Assembly: GCA_008080735.1 (NCBI GenBank) | Contig: SHMW01000004.1 | Location: 32,001-96,000 of the forward strand | Origin: Promethearchaeota archaeon | Lineage (GTDB): Archaea > Asgardarchaeota > Lokiarchaeia > Sigyniarchaeales > SOKP01 | Direction of reading: 5' to 3' | DNA length: 64,000 nucleotides | Shown here: piece by piece, positions 61,438 to 64,000 of the stretch | Layout of the letters: each line of letters starts with the position of its first letter | How positions within the stretch are numbered: position 1 is the stretch's first letter | Translations under genes and position numbers: made by a program | Notes under the pieces: generated by a model | The model's input: only the letters and a program-made list of their open reading frames with translations | What the model was told of the DNA's origin: nothing | The model's database searches: none

Positions 61438-62763
61438 TCATTTAAAATTTGGGAGATATTTCTTCTGTAAATCCATCATCTCATCAAATACTTTCTCAGC
61501 AATTTCATAGCTTCCGCAATTCACATCTAGAGCTAAACAATTAATAGCCATCATTTTTGATTCTTCTAATATTGCTTCTATGCATAAATCTTGTGTAGCC
61601 GCTTCTCTTTTCAATAAAACTCCCAGATCTTTTGGAATCTTTCCAATCTTTACTCCATGAAGACCGTTTTTATCAACCTTCGCTGAACATTCAATAATAA
61701 GATTATTTGGCAAGTTTTCAATGATTCCATCATTAGGGATATTGACCGCATATTCATAAGAATGTTTATCCTCAATAATCGCTTCTATAATGGGTATTGC
61801 CCTTTCTCCAGAAGGTTCTGGTCTTAGCATTCCTTTTCGGGGATATCTTCCCTTTTTCAAGCGTTTATAATATCTTTGTAGACGTGCGTTCGTTCCAAGA
61901 TTTGCTTGCTCCATCCTTTTGATCCACGCTTTAATATCTTCTATTTTCGTAAATTCAGAGCCAAATTGGACATATTCACAGAGATGGTTATCTCCAACAT
62001 AAGGAAAAAACCCAAATCGTTTATAGACTTCGAAAGTAAGTTCCGAATAATGAAATCTGTCCCATCCATCTTCAAAATATTCCAGACAGCGATGATTAAA
62101 ATCGGGCATTAAATTTTCCCCAGTTTTAAAATTTTCTAATCCAAATAAAAAAGCAAAATGATTAAGCCCCCCAACTATTAACCTTAGTTCTTCCAATTCC
62201 CTATTAAGCATTTTAGGTAAATGTTCATTTGTTAAAAGCTCTATTTGGTGGCACAATCCAAACATTTTTATATCAGGATACACCCGTTTTATAGCTAAAC
62301 ATATTCTCGAAAGAGGATTTGAATAATTAATGAAATATGCGTTAGGACAAATTCGATCTACATCCGCAACGATTTTTAATACCTCTGGAATTTGTCGCGC
62401 ACTATGAAAAAATCCGCCTGGACCTCCATTTTCTCCCATCATTTCCGTAGTACCATATTTTCTTGGGATTGTATTATCTTGCCATCTTAGTTTAAATCTA
62501 TCTCCATGTTCAATCGAACAAATAACAAAATCAGCATCTTCTAATGCCTCTTCGCGATTCAAAGTCTTCTTAATGGTAAATATTCCACCCGTTCTTTCAT
62601 TCTCTTTTGAGATTACCTCATAAACCATATTCAGTTTAGGTTTATCAACATCGTGTAGTATTATATTCGATCCATGCAAACCTTCACTTAAATATAGGTC
62701 TGTAAAAGTAGGAGGCCCAAAGGCCGCACTCCCTGCCCCGACCAAAACAATATTTAACTCCAT
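61438..62763 (-). CDS. family 4 glycoside hydrolase (alpha-galactosidase/glucosidase)
   Basis: VGAGSAAF, GENGGPGG, NYSNP, GLCH, GLNH. Confidence 0.92.
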   Translation of the reverse strand: MELNIVLVGAGSAAFGPPTFTDLYLSEGLHGSNIILHDVDKPKLNMVYEVISKENERTGGIFTIKKTLNREEALEDADFVICSIEHGDRFKLRWQDNTIPRKYGTTEMMGENGGPGGFFHSARQIPEVLKIVADVDRICPNAYFINYSNPLSRICLAIKRVYPDIKMFGLCHQIELLTNEHLPKMLNRELEELRLIVGGLNHFAFLFGLENFKTGENLMPDFNHRCLEYFEDGWDRFHYSELTFEVYKRFGFFPYVGDNHLCEYVQFGSEFTKIEDIKAWIKRMEQANLGTNARLQRYYKRLKKGRYPRKGMLRPEPSGERAIPIIEAIIEDKHSYEYAVNIPNDGIIENLPNNLIIECSAKVDKNGLHGVKIGKIPKDLGVLLKREAATQDLCIEAILEESKMMAINCLALDVNCGSYEIAEKVFDEMMDLQKKYLPNFK

Positions 62764-62941
62764 TTTCTCCTATATAAAAAATTATATTTTCTTTTCTAAT
62801 CAAAAGAAATCATGTATTCAATAAAAAACCTTTAAAATGAAGATATGCACTAGTGAATTGAAATATGAATTAGTTTTTGATAATTTTTATATTCTTATAC
62901 ACTATTGTATAAATGAACGAGAATTTTTGGGGATACTACAC

Positions 62942-64000
62942 ATGTCGAATCTACAGAATAAGGAAATGCATTTTTTCAACGAAATTTCAGACGCGATAAT
63001 TATAACTGATATAGATTATAATATAAATGCATGGAATAGGGCAGCTGAAGAAATATATGGATGGAAAGCTGAAGAAATTATTGGGAAAAACATAATGGAT
63101 ACTATTAAAATTGAATATCAAAATCAAAATCCCAAAGATGTTATTTCCGAGTTTGAAAAGGAAGGTAGTTGGAAAGGTGAGGTTTTACAATATACCAAAA
63201 AGGGAGACCCTATTCACATATATTCATCTGTCTCACTCATTCACGACTCCTCTGGTATCCCAAAAAATATATTGGCTATTAATGAGGATTTAACCAAAAC
63301 TAAAGCGATAGAAAAAAAATTAAGAATCTCTGAAAGAAAATATGGTCTAATTGTTGAAAATGCTTTAGAAGGGATTTGGATGATAGATGAAGATGATCGC
63401 ACTAATTTTGTGAATGAACGGATGGCTCAAATGCTAGGATATTCTAGAGAGGAGATGGTGGGCAAGCATCTTTTAGATTTTTGTGATAATCAATATTCGC
63501 AGATTGCCAAAAAGAATATTAATCGCAGAAAGCAAGGGATTGAGGAAGAACATGTATTTCAATTTACAAAGAAAAACGGAGAAAAGATCTATACAAATCT
63601 AAACGCATCTCCGATCTTTACTGATGAAGGAAAATATATTGGATCAGTCGCATTCATTACGGATATTACGGAGAAAAGAGAAGCAGAGAGAATGTTAAAA
63701 GAATCCGAAGAAAAGTTTAGGACTATGTCGGAACAATCTCTTATTGGACTGCAGATTGTTCAAGATGGAAAACTCAAATATATAAATAGTAAGGCAGCGA
63801 AATTTACGGGATTTACACCAAAAGAAATAGAGGAGATGAATTTTCATGACATCCTTGATCATATTCATCCTGAAGATATAAAGAAAGTTCAAAATCGCTT
63901 TAAAGAAAGAGTTAAAAATCCACACAAATTAGAGGATCCATTCCAATTTCGTGTATGTAGTAAAAGTGGAGATATTAAATGGGTTGAAAGTCTTAACAGA
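62942..64000 (+). CDS. multi-PAS domain sensor protein, probably a histidine kinase (partial, runs off the window end)
   Basis: Manual translation from ATG 62942: ..ISDAIIITDIDYNINAWNRAAEEIYGWKAEEIIGK..; further PAS repeats (VNERMAQMLGY, IHPED). Confidence 0.85.
   Translation, partial: MSNLQNKEMHFFNEISDAIIITDIDYNINAWNRAAEEIYGWKAEEIIGKNIMDTIKIEYQNQNPKDVISEFEKEGSWKGEVLQYTKKGDPIHIYSSVSLIHDSSGIPKNILAINEDLTKTKAIEKKLRISERKYGLIVENALEGIWMIDEDDRTNFVNERMAQMLGYSREEMVGKHLLDFCDNQYSQIAKKNINRRKQGIEEEHVFQFTKKNGEKIYTNLNASPIFTDEGKYIGSVAFITDITEKREAERMLKESEEKFRTMSEQSLIGLQIVQDGKLKYINSKAAKFTGFTPKEIEEMNFHDILDHIHPEDIKKVQNRFKERVKNPHKLEDPFQFRVCSKSGDIKWVESLNR

Noticed and set aside
12-63925. Numerous short antisense or overlapping ORFs in the track (e.g. 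12..335, 2126..2470, 8189..8617, 34190..34597, 63111..63293)
   Set aside because: They are shadows of well-supported genes or pseudogenes on other frames and carry no motifs.

Overview
AT-rich archaeal chromosomal segment. The gene content points to an Asgard archaeon, most likely Lokiarchaeia (inference): multi-PAS histidine kinases, longin-like, LRR and UBC/RWD-like domains, corrinoid/MtaA-type proteins, HdrD-like CCG proteins, IDI-2 and a ribose-1,5-bisphosphate isomerase-like protein. I recognised no tRNA, rRNA or CRISPR array. Main observation: two unrelated protein-coding genes each carry a short hairpin insertion flanked by a relaxed bulge-helix-bulge (BHB) motif, and both hairpins share the apical sequence TT-AYCTC-AA. 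The first is 32 nt (25717-25748, minus strand), contains a stop codon and shifts the frame in the Walker B/D-loop of an ABC ATPase. Cutting at the canonical BHB positions restores DEPTT-GVD and fuses two ORFs into one 332-aa protein. The second is 30 nt and in frame (8898-8927, minus strand) in an FAD oxidoreductase; its removal gives FPPV-MWIAS. Together they suggest a family of tRNA-endonuclease-type mRNA introns. Other content: (1) an unusual ABC-2 operon with a prenyltransferase-repeat/TM/ATPase fusion, a UBC/RWD-like domain on a degenerate ATPase and a longin-like membrane protein; (2) a mevalonate plus carotenoid cluster; (3) a very AT-rich island with a PIP-box PD-(D/E)xK nuclease pair and decayed ORFs; (4) glpAB, FAD-oxidoreductase/CCG modules and corrinoid genes; (5) several chimeric deletion-junction pseudogenes. 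All calls come from manual motif reading; no database searches were run.
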